NCBI GenBank assembly: GCA_028718225.1
Contig: JAQUMI010000003.1
Span: forward strand, 1 to 62,270
DNA: 62,270 nt
From: Candidatus Omnitrophota bacterium
GTDB taxonomy: Bacteria > Omnitrophota > Gorgyraeia > Gygaellales > Profunditerraquicolaceae
Direction of reading: 5' to 3'
The translations under genes were made by a program, and so were the position numbers. Positions 34,902-44,346 of the stretch are shown here, one piece after another (positions within the stretch are counted from its first letter, which is position 1; each line of letters opens with the position of its first letter). The notes below the pieces were generated by a model. That model made no database searches. It was not told the origin of the DNA and saw nothing but the letters and a program-made list of their open reading frames with translations.

Positions 34902-35912
34902 TTAGTTGAACCTGCCTGGTAATTCCTCCTGGCAATAAATACATCTATTTATTTTTATATTATACTCCGAAATATTAAAATATTCCCGCTTAACCAATCT
35001 TTTCTTGCAGGCAGGGCAATAAGTATCATTCCCCCAGCCGGAGACATTACCCACATAGATAAAATTTAAGCCTGCCTGAAGCCCTATGGCTAAAGCCTTC
35101 TTAAGCGTTACTTCAGGCGTGGGGCCGTATCCGGTGAATTTGTAATCCGGATGAAAACGCGATATATGCCAGGGTATATTTTTATCCACGCCGGCGATAA
35201 ACCGGGCAATACCGGAGAGCTCTTCCTCGGAATCATTCTCTCCCGGAATAACCAGAGTAGTCAATTCTACCCAAATTCCGGATTCTTTCATCAACCGGAT
35301 AGAATCTAATACCGGTTTTAGGCTTCCCGCGCAGTTCTTTTTATACGCAGCCTCGTTGAAAAACTTCAAATCCACGTTGGCAGCGTCTAAGTACGGCCGG
35401 ATCATATTAAGGCATTCTTTGGTCATATAACCGTTAGAGACAAAAACATTGCTTAAGCCTTTCTCTTTAGCGATCTTAGCGGTCTCATAGGCGTATTCAA
35501 AGAATATTGTCGGCTCGGTATAGGTATAGGATATGCTTTTACAGCCATTTCTTAAAGCCTCTTCTACTATCTGACCAGGCGAAAACTCATCTTCTCCTAA
35601 ATGAGCGCCATCCTTAAAGGACTGCTGCGAAATCTCCCAATTCTGGCAAAATCCGCAGCGGAAATTACAGCCGAATGTCGCTATGGAGAAACTGCTTGAG
35701 CCGGGTAAAAAATGATAGAGCGGTTTTTTTTCAATGGGGTCAATCTGTGCACTGACGACATTTCCGTAGGCATGGGTGTACAATATTCCGTCAATGTTCT
35801 CCCTCACCCCGCAAAAACCGAATTTCCGGTTGTCAATTTTACAGCGGTGGCTGCATAGGCAGCAATGCACTGCTTTTCCGTCTAATTTTTCATAAAGGAA
35901 AGCTTCTTTCAT
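34902..35912 (-). CDS. AmmeMemoRadiSam-system-type radical SAM enzyme
   Basis: N-terminal CCLCSHRCKI...GFCGVR, DPIEKKPLYHF, CNFRCGFCQNWEIS (CxxxCxxC), C-terminal CPAC...CIYC zinc-ribbon-like end. Confidence 0.8.
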   Translation of the reverse strand: MKEAFLYEKLDGKAVHCCLCSHRCKIDNRKFGFCGVRENIDGILYTHAYGNVVSAQIDPIEKKPLYHFLPGSSSFSIATFGCNFRCGFCQNWEISQQSFKDGAHLGEDEFSPGQIVEEALRNGCKSISYTYTEPTIFFEYAYETAKIAKEKGLSNVFVSNGYMTKECLNMIRPYLDAANVDLKFFNEAAYKKNCAGSLKPVLDSIRLMKESGIWVELTTLVIPGENDSEEELSGIARFIAGVDKNIPWHISRFHPDYKFTGYGPTPEVTLKKALAIGLQAGLNFIYVGNVSGWGNDTYCPACKKRLVKREYFNISEYNIKINRCIYCQEELPGRFN

Positions 35913-36907
35913 AATCTTAAGGCCTTTAACGCAGGCTCGCCAAGAGGAGGAACTTCTAAGGCTAGAGAGCTGTCTCCTTTTTTATGATAAATTATCCTGG
36001 CGCCCTGCGTTGTGTTCAAATCGCAATAACGGCAGGCTATCGCTGAAGAAAGCCGGATTAATTCCGGATTGAATTCTCCCCGGCCCAAACAGGTCGGCCC
36101 GGCCAGCTCTTTACCAGGCATAAATAAATAATCGCCGCTACCGGCCAACCTCTCTAATTCCTGATTTTCTCTCTCGTTACGGCCAACAATTAACTTTGTT
36201 CGTTTAGACAGCCTAAAATGCCTGCCTATTTTTAATAATCCTACATTTTCCATATTGAGCGCCCGGTAGTTAATTAAGTCTTTAAGCCTGCTGGAGAACT
36301 GCGGGTCGGTTAACAGGCAGCCGCCGGCGGGATTAGGATAGTTAGCGATATGAAATTCTTTGGCTAATTTAATCTGCGGCCGGCGTTGCCTACCGCTGAA
36401 TTTAAATAGCCTCTGGCGCTTGACCCACCCTTGTTTTTCCGGAAGAGTCTCCGGGAGTAGCCCGGCGCATAGGGGCCTGAGCAATAAGCCTGCTAAACCA
36501 CTTTCTTTTTCTATAATCTCAAGCGCCTTGCGGTGTTGCGACATGGGCCTCTGGCCCAAGACTTCTCCGGTTACGATAAATTGCGCGCTTAAAGGTTCCA
36601 GTAATTCTTTGGCTTTTTTTAACATAAGAATCCGGCAGTCTATGCAAGGATTCATATTTGCACCAAAACCGTATTTAGGCTTTAAGACTAAGCCTAAAAA
36701 ACCAACACCTAAATCAACGGTCTTTAGATCTTTGCCTAAGCTCTTCTTTGTCAGGGCCTCCGCTCCGGCAACCTTCGAGTCCGGATTTTTACGCTGGCAA
36801 AAAGGAATTTTTAAATTTAAAGGTAAGACGTCAATACCCTGTTCTTGAATAATCCTGGCGGCTAGAATGCTATCCAGGCCGCCCGAAATCAAAGTAATCG
36901 CTCGCAT
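35909..36907 (-). CDS. THUMP-less ThiI-like PP-loop ATP pyrophosphatase
   Basis: SGGLDS PP-loop at residue 8, NPCIDCR, TGEVLGQRPMSQ, LRPL, AGGC. ATGA overlap with the radical SAM gene. Confidence 0.65.
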   Translation of the reverse strand: MRAITLISGGLDSILAARIIQEQGIDVLPLNLKIPFCQRKNPDSKVAGAEALTKKSLGKDLKTVDLGVGFLGLVLKPKYGFGANMNPCIDCRILMLKKAKELLEPLSAQFIVTGEVLGQRPMSQHRKALEIIEKESGLAGLLLRPLCAGLLPETLPEKQGWVKRQRLFKFSGRQRRPQIKLAKEFHIANYPNPAGGCLLTDPQFSSRLKDLINYRALNMENVGLLKIGRHFRLSKRTKLIVGRNERENQELERLAGSGDYLFMPGKELAGPTCLGRGEFNPELIRLSSAIACRYCDLNTTQGARIIYHKKGDSSLALEVPPLGEPALKALRL

Positions 36908-36943
36908 AGTCTTAAATAAGATTTTGGGGAAAAGGGTTTTAAT

Positions 36944-37684
36944 TTAAGAATGTAACAGTTGTTTAACCAGACCCATGAAGATGATTCCGCACAAAAAGGC
37001 GACAAATGCCAGAGTTGCCTTCTTCTGGTTGATTTCCTTATGTATCTCGGGGATAAGGTCAGAGGTAGCGATATAAATAAACCCGCCTGCAGTCAAGGGC
37101 ATAACGAAGCTGGTGAAACCATGCGCAACATCGGCAATAAAATAACCGGTAAGAGCACCCAGGACCGCAGTTAAAGCCGAGATAAAATTAAAGAGCAGCG
37201 CCTTCTTGCGCGTGAACCCGCCGTAAACCAATACTCCAAAATCACCCAGTTCCTGGGGTATCTCATGCAGGATTATCGCCGCCGTTGTCGCCAGGCCCAT
37301 ACTGAAAGAAACAGTAAAGCTTACGGCAATCATAATCCCGTCAAAGAAATTATGCACCGCATCTCCGGCAATATTCAAATAAGTAAAAGCGTGGATCGAA
37401 CAATGCCCTTCATGGCAATGGCGCCAGTGAAAATACCTTTCCATCAGGAAAAATAATACTATCCCCAGGATGGTATAATAGAAAACAACCGTGGCATTAA
37501 GCCTCTCGATTGCTTCGGGCAAAATATGCAGAAAAGCTCCGCCAATAAGCGCTCCGGCGCTAAACCCCAGGAGATAAAAAATAATCTTATGCAACAGCTT
37601 ATCTTTTATTGCCAGGGTGATAACGCCGATAAGCGAGATAATGCTGATAAAAAATGTGCTTAAAAGTATCCATCCTAGAATCAT
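36944..37684 (-). CDS. zupT: ZIP-family divalent metal transporter
   Basis: HEIPQELGDF signature, 8-TM pattern. Confidence 0.85.
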   Translation of the reverse strand: MILGWILLSTFFISIISLIGVITLAIKDKLLHKIIFYLLGFSAGALIGGAFLHILPEAIERLNATVVFYYTILGIVLFFLMERYFHWRHCHEGHCSIHAFTYLNIAGDAVHNFFDGIMIAVSFTVSFSMGLATTAAIILHEIPQELGDFGVLVYGGFTRKKALLFNFISALTAVLGALTGYFIADVAHGFTSFVMPLTAGGFIYIATSDLIPEIHKEINQKKATLAFVAFLCGIIFMGLVKQLLHS

Positions 37685-37776
37685 AACCGTAACTTTGAAA
37701 AATTTCCTTTTAACCTAAATTCGGTTTTCTGCCTTTATTGGCTTTTTTAGAGCGCCAGTTGAGTTTTCCTCTGCGT

Positions 37777-38445
37777 TTACGCTTTCCCATTTTTATCCCC
37801 TTTGTAATAGCTCGCCGGGACATTCTGCACGATGTATGCGGCGGCTTCAATAATGCACTTATTTATTGCCTCTCCCATGGAAGTATTGGTATACGCAGCC
37901 AACCCTTCGTTTAAAGCGCTGCCCCTGCGCGAATGGCTGGCCGAGCCGGTATCAACAGCCTGGCCGGAAACACGCCCTGAAATCAATACCTTGGATGAAA
38001 CGGTATCAACAATACGGACATTTAAGGCAATAGTGGATTTATTGCCGGTAACGCCTAATAAGCTACCCAGCGTACCGCTGGCAGCGCTTCCGCCGCCGCC
38101 GACACCTTCGCTTCCGCCGGAAGCGCGCGGTTCAAAATCTACCACTTCCGTCGCGATAATTAATTTTGCGCTCTTATTAGTATTATCCTTGGGAGAAATT
38201 ATCAGGAAACGGTTAGTTTTATTCAAGCTGGCTATAAGCATGTCCTGTAAGCCTGAGCCTACATCAACAGTGGCCTTGGCCGCTTTAATCTCAAAATCAG
38301 CCACTACAATAGTAGTTTTAGGTCCCGAGTACGGAGGAAAAAACGCCTGGCCGATAAACTGGACAGGTTTATCGAGGATCGCACAACCTGCTAAGTTTAT
38401 GATTAAAAAACCGCAACTGATTACTAAAAAATACTTAGGTTTCAT
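37777..38445 (-). CDS. CsgG/HfaB-family-like outer-membrane lipoprotein with Gly-rich insert
   Basis: Lipobox LAGC. TIVVADFEIKA...GLQDMLIASLNKTNRF resembles the CsgG N-terminal region. GGSEGVGGGGSAASG low-complexity loop. Confidence 0.5.
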   Translation of the reverse strand: MKPKYFLVISCGFLIINLAGCAILDKPVQFIGQAFFPPYSGPKTTIVVADFEIKAAKATVDVGSGLQDMLIASLNKTNRFLIISPKDNTNKSAKLIIATEVVDFEPRASGGSEGVGGGGSAASGTLGSLLGVTGNKSTIALNVRIVDTVSSKVLISGRVSGQAVDTGSASHSRRGSALNEGLAAYTNTSMGEAINKCIIEAAAYIVQNVPASYYKGDKNGKA

Positions 38446-38452
38446 TATGCTA

Positions 38453-38475
38453 AAGGCAGGGCGTAACCCTGCCTT
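38453..38475 (-). terminator. perfect 9-bp hairpin between the secreted-protein gene and the csgG-like gene
   Basis: AAGGCAGGG (38453-38461) / CCCTGCCTT (38467-38475) with a 5-nt loop. Only a weak T-run follows (TTTAGCAT). Confidence 0.4.
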
Positions 38476-38503
38476 GAATCAATTTACCGTATGCCTATGC
38501 TGT

Positions 38504-38917
38504 TTACCGGGCTACAGGGGACTGGAAATCAACGGCCTCGGCCTTTTCTAAACTTATACTCCTGGCGGTATTTTTACCGGCGACGGATATATAATCAATG
38601 CTTACAGAATCTTTCGCCCGTATCTCCTCCAAAGATTTGGCATTTTCGTAGCTGGTCAGATTATCCGCAATTATCAGCAGTTCCTTTTCTTCATCCATAT
38701 CATAATCCAGGTATTTTAACGCAAGTGTTTTATTTTGCGTATCTACGCTGATTACCTCACCCCATACCCATTGCATATCGGATTCATTTTTTTCCTGCGG
38801 GGCTACTGAAGAAAGGGCCTTATCCTCCGGCTCATCCTGGCTTAAGGCTAAGCCCGTATTTAACAGCAGGCCTAAGCCTATAATTCCTGAGATCGCGGCT
38901 ATCCTTCTTTTCATCAA
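38504..38917 (-). CDS. hypothetical secreted protein
   Basis: Signal peptide (MMKRRIAAISGIIGLGLLLNTGLALS), acidic mature part, no family recognised. GGGAGGA SD. Confidence 0.4.
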   Translation of the reverse strand: MMKRRIAAISGIIGLGLLLNTGLALSQDEPEDKALSSVAPQEKNESDMQWVWGEVISVDTQNKTLALKYLDYDMDEEKELLIIADNLTSYENAKSLEEIRAKDSVSIDYISVAGKNTARSISLEKAEAVDFQSPVAR

Positions 38918-38938
38918 ATATCCTCCCGGTCAAAAATT

Positions 38939-38997
38939 ATTTTACCACGCAGGCCTATCTCTGTCAAGTCGGCCGAAAAAGGGCTTGGGCGGCCCTT
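38939..38997 (-). promoter_or_regulatory. bioY terminator followed by the promoter of the secreted-protein/csgG-like pair
   Basis: Hairpin AAGGGC (38979-38984) / GCCCTT (38992-38997) then TTTTCGG. After that TTGACA (38967-38962), 17-nt spacer, TAAAAT (38944-38939). Confidence 0.45.
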
Positions 38998-39563
38998 TAC
39001 AAGATCTCTGCTGCGCGGGTTTTAAGCCTCAGGTAAATGAAAGTTACGGCTAGGGCTTTTAATAAATCTCCGGGAATAAACGGAAGGCAGCCGATGGCCA
39101 GCGCCTTGGCTAAAGATATGCCCAGAGTAACCTTAAGCCAAAAAGAACCGCTTAACAAAATAATTATGCTCCCTACGTAAAAGATTAAAACTAGCGATCC
39201 TAAATTTCCCTGCGTGCGTTTTAGGAATCCGGACACAAAAAAAGTAGCCAGGATAAATCCAAACAGGTAGCCGGCTGTAGGAGAAGCAAAATAGCTTAAG
39301 CCGCCGACGGCATTGGTGAATATAGGCAGACCTAACGCCCCCAGCAATACGTAACTTAATTGCGCGGTTAAGCCTAATCTTCTGCCGAGCAACCCTGCGG
39401 ATAATAAGACAAAAAATGTCTGCAGGGTTAAGGGCACCGGCGTAAACGGTAAAGGTATGCGTACAAACGCACCAAGGCTGACAAAGATTACCGAAAAAAA
39501 TACTGCGGCCAACCTGCAGAGCTGTTTATTGACGATTAACTCTCTTTTTAATATGGCTTCCAC
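38997..39563 (-). CDS. bioY: biotin transporter (ECF S-component)
   Basis: PVPLTLQTFFVLLSAGLLG signature. Apparent GTG start after GGAAGGGAG. Confidence 0.85.
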   Translation of the reverse strand: MEAILKRELIVNKQLCRLAAVFFSVIFVSLGAFVRIPLPFTPVPLTLQTFFVLLSAGLLGRRLGLTAQLSYVLLGALGLPIFTNAVGGLSYFASPTAGYLFGFILATFFVSGFLKRTQGNLGSLVLIFYVGSIIILLSGSFWLKVTLGISLAKALAIGCLPFIPGDLLKALAVTFIYLRLKTRAAEIL

Positions 39564-39630
39564 TTTTGCTCCCTTCCTGTTAATATAAAATAATTATACC
39601 TGAAAATATGCCGCGAGTAAAGATAATAAG

Positions 39631-39669
39631 AAGGGCTGATTCTTCTTTTTAATCCCTGAACCAGCCCTT
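39631..39669 (-). terminator. hairpin after the small membrane-protein gene
   Basis: AAGGGCTG (39631-39638) / CAGCCCTT (39662-39669) 8-bp stem with a 23-nt loop, followed on the minus strand by CTTATTATCTTT. A TTTACT-17-TATAAT promoter for bioY lies downstream. Confidence 0.35.
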
Positions 39670-39690
39670 GCTCTTTAAGTTAATTCAAGT

Positions 39691-39891
39691 TTATTCTTTG
39701 GCTATAGCCAGGGTAATTACCCCTGCCAGAATCAAGAACAAACCGATGCACCCCTGGACTACCATTAAGAGCGATACCCACCATTTTAAGATCGCTGCAG
39801 CACCCAGACCTAAAAAGATTAACCCTAAAACAACCTTAAAAAAAGTAGCCAGTATTTTCTTAGAGCCATTTCTCTTGGTCTCTTCTCCCAT
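39691..39891 (-). CDS. small two-TM membrane protein
   Basis: Start moved to MGEETKRNGSKK..., preceded by AAAGGAGGTG. 66 aa. Confidence 0.35.
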   Translation of the reverse strand: MGEETKRNGSKKILATFFKVVLGLIFLGLGAAAILKWWVSLLMVVQGCIGLFLILAGVITLAIAKE

Positions 39892-39905
39892 TTGCACACC
39901 TCCTT

Positions 39906-40817
39906 TTAAATTGGCCGGCTTTTCCATCTGCGGTGGATCCATCCCCACTCTGCAGGATATTTACGGATATACTTTTCTATAATACCGGTTAATTTCTGAA
40001 TATTTACCAGGACGGTATCTTGCGCATCCCTGCCTTCTTCTAAATTCAATGCCGGCTCAAAGATTATCTTATGCGTATCTCCGGGCTGCCGGATAATAAA
40101 ACAGGGTAAAAGCGCAGCGCCCGTGCGCTGGGAAAGAACTACCGGGCCGGCGGCAGTAGCCGCTTTTTTACCAAAAAAGTTAACAAATATCCCCCCGGTC
40201 CCGAAATTCTGATCGATAGGAATAAAAATCAGTTCATTATTGCGTAACGCCTGTATTGTGTTATCCACGCAGGCTTTACGCGGCTGGCTGTAGATGGTCT
40301 TAACCCCGAATTTTTCGCGTTTTTCCAAAAAAATCTTTTCTATACGTGCATCATGCATCGGCTTCATAATGCCCCCGGCCTTATAACCTTCCATGGCGAG
40401 CCTGGCCAATAAAAGGGGGAAATTCCCGAAATGCGCACTGACTAAAATCACTCCGCAACCTTTGGCTAAAGCCCGGTCTAGATTGTCCCGGCCTTCCAGC
40501 TTAACGCATTCTTTAAGCTTAAGCGGTTTATCCATAAAGAAGATTAACTCTACTCCGGATTTAGCCATAAAGGTAAAACAGTCCTTGGCAATCTGCTCTA
40601 TCTGACCCTTGTTTTTTTCTCTGCCGAAAGCAATATCTAAACTCTCCAGGGCAATCTGCCTCTGTTTGGAGGCAAAACGATAGGCCAGAAAACTCATCCC
40701 ACTGGCAAATTGGTAAAGAAAGCCGGCCGGGATAAACCTGATTATCAAAGAACCCGCAGCTAAACCAATCCAACTGAAGAACCGAACAATGTTTTTACGT
40801 ATTTTTCTAAAATCCAT
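39906..40817 (-). CDS. lipid A biosynthesis (Kdo)2-lipid IVA acyltransferase family (LpxL/HtrB-like)
   Basis: N-terminal TM, SAHFGNFP (HX4-type motif of the family), ...PAEWGWIHRRWK C-terminus typical of LpxL/M. Confidence 0.75.
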   Translation of the reverse strand: MDFRKIRKNIVRFFSWIGLAAGSLIIRFIPAGFLYQFASGMSFLAYRFASKQRQIALESLDIAFGREKNKGQIEQIAKDCFTFMAKSGVELIFFMDKPLKLKECVKLEGRDNLDRALAKGCGVILVSAHFGNFPLLLARLAMEGYKAGGIMKPMHDARIEKIFLEKREKFGVKTIYSQPRKACVDNTIQALRNNELIFIPIDQNFGTGGIFVNFFGKKAATAAGPVVLSQRTGAALLPCFIIRQPGDTHKIIFEPALNLEEGRDAQDTVLVNIQKLTGIIEKYIRKYPAEWGWIHRRWKSRPI

Positions 40818-40869
40818 ATTTCCTTATCCGATTAATTATACCAACCTACTTCGGGATTACAATAAAAAA

Positions 40870-41355
40870 TTATAGCTTATATCCGATTTTTCGCAAGAAA
40901 TCTTTGCGCCAGGCTATATCGCTTTCATTTTCAATCCCTTTGGGGCTTACTCCGTCGATTACCCCTAAGATCCCGGCGCCCTCCTCTGCCCGGGCCACGA
41001 TAACCTTTACGGGATTAGCCGTAGCGCAGTATATGCTGCATACCTCGGGGATATTTTTTATGGCATTCAGGACGTTGATAGGAAAAGCATTGCGGATAAA
41101 GATGCTAAAGCTGTGGCCTGCGCCGATTTCCAGGCTGGTGCTGGCGGAGAGCGACTTTAATTCTGCATCATTGCCTTCAACCCTTACCTTACAGGCCCCA
41201 CTGGATTCAGCAAAGGCCAATCCGAATTTTATGCCCGGTACATTATTCATCAATGTCTCGTATAAATCTTCGACTGTTTTAATAAAATGGCTCTGGCCCA
41301 GTATTAAATTGACCTCCGCGGGCTTATTCACCTCGATTAATTCAAGCTCCAACAT
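40870..41355 (-). CDS. adenosine-specific kinase family protein
   Basis: GQSHFIKTVEDLYE, GAGHSF, AFPINVLNAIKNIPEV, CATANP, FLRKIGYKL match my recollection of this family. Confidence 0.6.
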   Translation of the reverse strand: MLELELIEVNKPAEVNLILGQSHFIKTVEDLYETLMNNVPGIKFGLAFAESSGACKVRVEGNDAELKSLSASTSLEIGAGHSFSIFIRNAFPINVLNAIKNIPEVCSIYCATANPVKVIVARAEEGAGILGVIDGVSPKGIENESDIAWRKDFLRKIGYKL

Positions 41356-41368
41356 AATTACCTCCTTT

Positions 41369-42760
41369 TTATTTTATAATAATCTTCCTGAAACCCGTGG
41401 CATCTGCCGGTAATTTTCCTGCGTAGGCCTTGGCCGAAAGAAGGATAAAATCGGGGTTTCCCAGCATATTCAGCGGTACGCGTAAAATTAATTCCCGGGG
41501 GTGTAAATCCAAACGCAGGAGTGTTCCGTTAAGGCGCTTTCTGCCGTCATAGACCCTGAATCTGGTGTGCCGGGTTACTATGCGTATCTTGGGCATAGAG
41601 GCAAATGGCGCCTTATTACTAAACCCGAAAATATAAAATACTACGCTAAAAGTACGGTTTAATTCTTCATTTTTGGCAACGCGGATAAGCAGCTGATCGT
41701 CCAGGATAGCGCAACTTACTTCTTCCTGGCCCTGAACGAGTTTATTATTGACGGGAGCCCCTTTTTCCGCTACGGCAAACATTTTGGAGAAAGCGAAGAA
41801 CTCCGCTACGCGCTCTTTTAAAGAAGCCTGCCTGTTTAATTCTATTTCGGGGTAATCCCCGAATAACTCATTCCGGCGCGCAAACGATAAAAGATAAGAA
41901 GCGCTTGTTCTGGTCTGGCTCTTAGAACAAAGTATAGCCTGGCGCTTATGTTCCCACTGTTCCGGGGTTAAAGCAATCCTTAACCATTTAATCTGAGAAT
42001 CCCTGAAATTCTGCGGCGGTTCTAAATTTATCTTTGGGTGGTAATTCCTTGGCCGAGGCCAGCCTACCCAATGGATAAGATAGGGGTAGACTTTGACTTT
42101 AGTTATCTGCCCGCCTAAATCCCAGAGAGCTACTTGGAGAAATAAATACAGCGCCCGGTGGTCCGCATTTACATCGGCAGGATGCGAAACAAAAATTTTT
42201 GTCGGTTTATAATCAAAGATTACTTTTTTCAGGTCATTCAGGATACTTTCGCCCGTATAAGGCGCACCGAAAGAAAAATCAGTTTTGTAAGGTACCCGGG
42301 ATATGCGCGTAAGTAAACTGCGAAATGGTTTTTCTGTCTGCCAATACCGGCTGAATATCGTAAATGTCCCGTTATCAGGATAACCTAAAAATGTAAGCTT
42401 ATCCTGGCCCAGGCCCAGCAGCCGCATCGCTTCAATTGCTTCCTGGCGGCGCACCAGGCCCATATGTATAAACTCGGTCCGCCTGAAGGTAAGCCTTTTT
42501 TCATATACGATAAAAGCAAACTGGTTATGGTCACCGTTAGTCAGGTAAACAACCCTCACTTCTGAGCCTGCCTTGAGTGCCTGCTGGATGACTCCCGCGC
42601 AACCTATAGTTTCATCATCGGGGTGCGGGGCAAGGATGAGAATACGGTCGCTTTTCTTAATCGCCTCAATTTCTTCGACGTCCTGGGCCAAAGCTGCGGA
42701 GGCATATTGCCCGAGAATAAATAAGAAAAATAGGACTAGAAGAGACGGCCTTAGGAACAT
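41369..42760 (-). CDS. secreted PIG-L/LmbE-family deacetylase with large uncharacterised C-terminal region
   Basis: Signal peptide. LILAPHPDDETIGCAG zinc motif and HxxH-type ADVNADH. About 230 extra C-terminal residues. Confidence 0.65.
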   Translation of the reverse strand: MFLRPSLLVLFFLFILGQYASAALAQDVEEIEAIKKSDRILILAPHPDDETIGCAGVIQQALKAGSEVRVVYLTNGDHNQFAFIVYEKRLTFRRTEFIHMGLVRRQEAIEAMRLLGLGQDKLTFLGYPDNGTFTIFSRYWQTEKPFRSLLTRISRVPYKTDFSFGAPYTGESILNDLKKVIFDYKPTKIFVSHPADVNADHRALYLFLQVALWDLGGQITKVKVYPYLIHWVGWPRPRNYHPKINLEPPQNFRDSQIKWLRIALTPEQWEHKRQAILCSKSQTRTSASYLLSFARRNELFGDYPEIELNRQASLKERVAEFFAFSKMFAVAEKGAPVNNKLVQGQEEVSCAILDDQLLIRVAKNEELNRTFSVVFYIFGFSNKAPFASMPKIRIVTRHTRFRVYDGRKRLNGTLLRLDLHPRELILRVPLNMLGNPDFILLSAKAYAGKLPADATGFRKIIIK

Positions 42761-42786
42761 ATTTTATACTAACACATCCTTTCCGG

Positions 42787-44346
42787 TTAATTACGCTTAA
42801 ATACCGCGATATATAAAAGAAATAATAAACAGCTGGGGATCAGCAGATCTCCGTAACGCCCGTAAAATGAAGGCTGCTGGCGAGTAAAGATATCCCCGGT
42901 TTTATACCCTGAGGTAAATACCGTTTTCCCTTCTCTGTCGGCTAGAAAAACAATCTTGCCGGCCGGGTCGATAAAACCGGACACGCCGGTATTAGCCGCA
43001 CGCACTAAATGCACCCTGTTCTCTATCGCCCGAAAGACTGACGCGGCCAGATGCTGGCAGGCCTCGGAGGTCCTGCCAAACCAGGCATCATTGGTAATAT
43101 TAACCAGAAAATCCGCTCCCCGGTTGATAAAGCCTCTGGCTAATTCCGGAAAAATATCCTCAAAACAGATTAATACGCCGAATTGATACGGCTTGCCCAA
43201 TCCAAGAGCGGAATTTTCTAAATCCTGATGTCTAATTTTAAAAAGGGTGTATTTTTTACCACGGCTAATATCGCCGATAGGGGCAATAGTCTCTAAAAAA
43301 CTCAAAGTACCCCTTAAGGGGATATACTCACCGAACGGAACAAGATGGAGCTTGTCGTACCTCTCCTGCAATTCACCTTCTTTGGATAAGAGCAGCGCGC
43401 TGTTATAATAAAGTCCATTGCGGCTAGTCACTGCGCCAAAAATCAGAGGCCTGCCTATTGTTTTGGCACGGCTGACCAACCTGGTATAATATAAGGGCTC
43501 TTCTTCCAACACAACCGGCAGGCTGGCTTCCGGCCAGATGATTAAATCCGAGGTATCCTTAAGCGAGGCGGAAGTTAAGTTAAAATACCTGTCCATTACA
43601 AATTCCCTGGCGCTTACCTCCCACTTCAACGCCTGGGGGATATTTCCCTGAATAACCGAAACCCTGAGCAGTCCTTGCGCTGGCGTAACTGTATTTACAG
43701 ATGCCAGGCGGATATAACCGTAAGACAAGATTAAAGAAAAAAGTAAAATTACTGAAATCGTAATTATCTTTAACCGTCCCCATAGCCTTGTCTTTAGCGA
43801 CCAGATTATTTCGACAATTGCCACATTTACCAGCATAACCAAAAACGAGACTCCCCAGATTCCGGTAATATCTGCGATTTGGATTACCGGCAGGTTAAGA
43901 TACTGGGAATAGCCTAAAAGCGCCCAGGGAAATCCGCTCAACAAACGGCTGCGGCTATATTCGAGCAAAACCCAAACCGCAGGGATAAATAACAGGATAG
44001 AGGATGACGAATGCCTGGTAACTGGCCGGATAATTAAACCGAATACGGCAAAGTATAAAGCCAGATATAAAATCAATAGGATCGTTCCGATTAAAGTAAC
44101 GTTGACCAGCCAATAAACAGTACCTAGCCAGAAGACTATCCCCGTAATAAAGGATAAAAGGAAAGTTTGCCTGAGGGACTTATTGTCCAGGGTAAGAAAA
44201 AGCGGGACAAAGGCAAACCAGGAAAAAATCCATAATTTACCGTTACTAAACGCCAGCGTCAACAATGCGCCGGATAAGACACTATTAAGAATGCCCGCTG
44301 ATAGCTGAAAACCGGCAACTGAAAGCTGGTTTACCTTCCGCAACAT
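42787..44346 (-). CDS. lnt: apolipoprotein N-acyltransferase
   Basis: N-terminal polytopic domain plus CN-hydrolase domain (WPE..., [17 protein letters not shown] catalytic Cys). Confidence 0.85.
   Translation of the reverse strand: MLRKVNQLSVAGFQLSAGILNSVLSGALLTLAFSNGKLWIFSWFAFVPLFLTLDNKSLRQTFLLSFITGIVFWLGTVYWLVNVTLIGTILLILYLALYFAVFGLIIRPVTRHSSSSILLFIPAVWVLLEYSRSRLLSGFPWALLGYSQYLNLPVIQIADITGIWGVSFLVMLVNVAIVEIIWSLKTRLWGRLKIITISVILLFSLILSYGYIRLASVNTVTPAQGLLRVSVIQGNIPQALKWEVSAREFVMDRYFNLTSASLKDTSDLIIWPEASLPVVLEEEPLYYTRLVSRAKTIGRPLIFGAVTSRNGLYYNSALLLSKEGELQERYDKLHLVPFGEYIPLRGTLSFLETIAPIGDISRGKKYTLFKIRHQDLENSALGLGKPYQFGVLICFEDIFPELARGFINRGADFLVNITNDAWFGRTSEACQHLAASVFRAIENRVHLVRAANTGVSGFIDPAGKIVFLADREGKTVFTSGYKTGDIFTRQQPSFYGRYGDLLIPSCLLFLLYIAVFKRN

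Noticed and set aside
37832-38551. 239-aa plus-strand ORF antisense to the csgG-like gene. Similar long antisense ORFs occur at 40904-41413, 23891-24361, 25359-25859, 36360-36848, 21687-22154, 19255-19683, 18303-18713 and 50862-51299.
   Set aside because: Each lies entirely opposite a gene with clear family motifs. Their products are low-complexity (Pro/Ser/Ala/Ile-rich) and lack SD or start context. Long shadow ORFs on the complementary strand of real genes are a common codon-bias artefact.
39564-39630. Looked for a BirA operator (inverted TGTAAAC/GTTAAC-type repeat) in the bioY promoter region.
   Set aside because: Only a single GTTAATAT-like half-site is present, with no convincing inverted partner.
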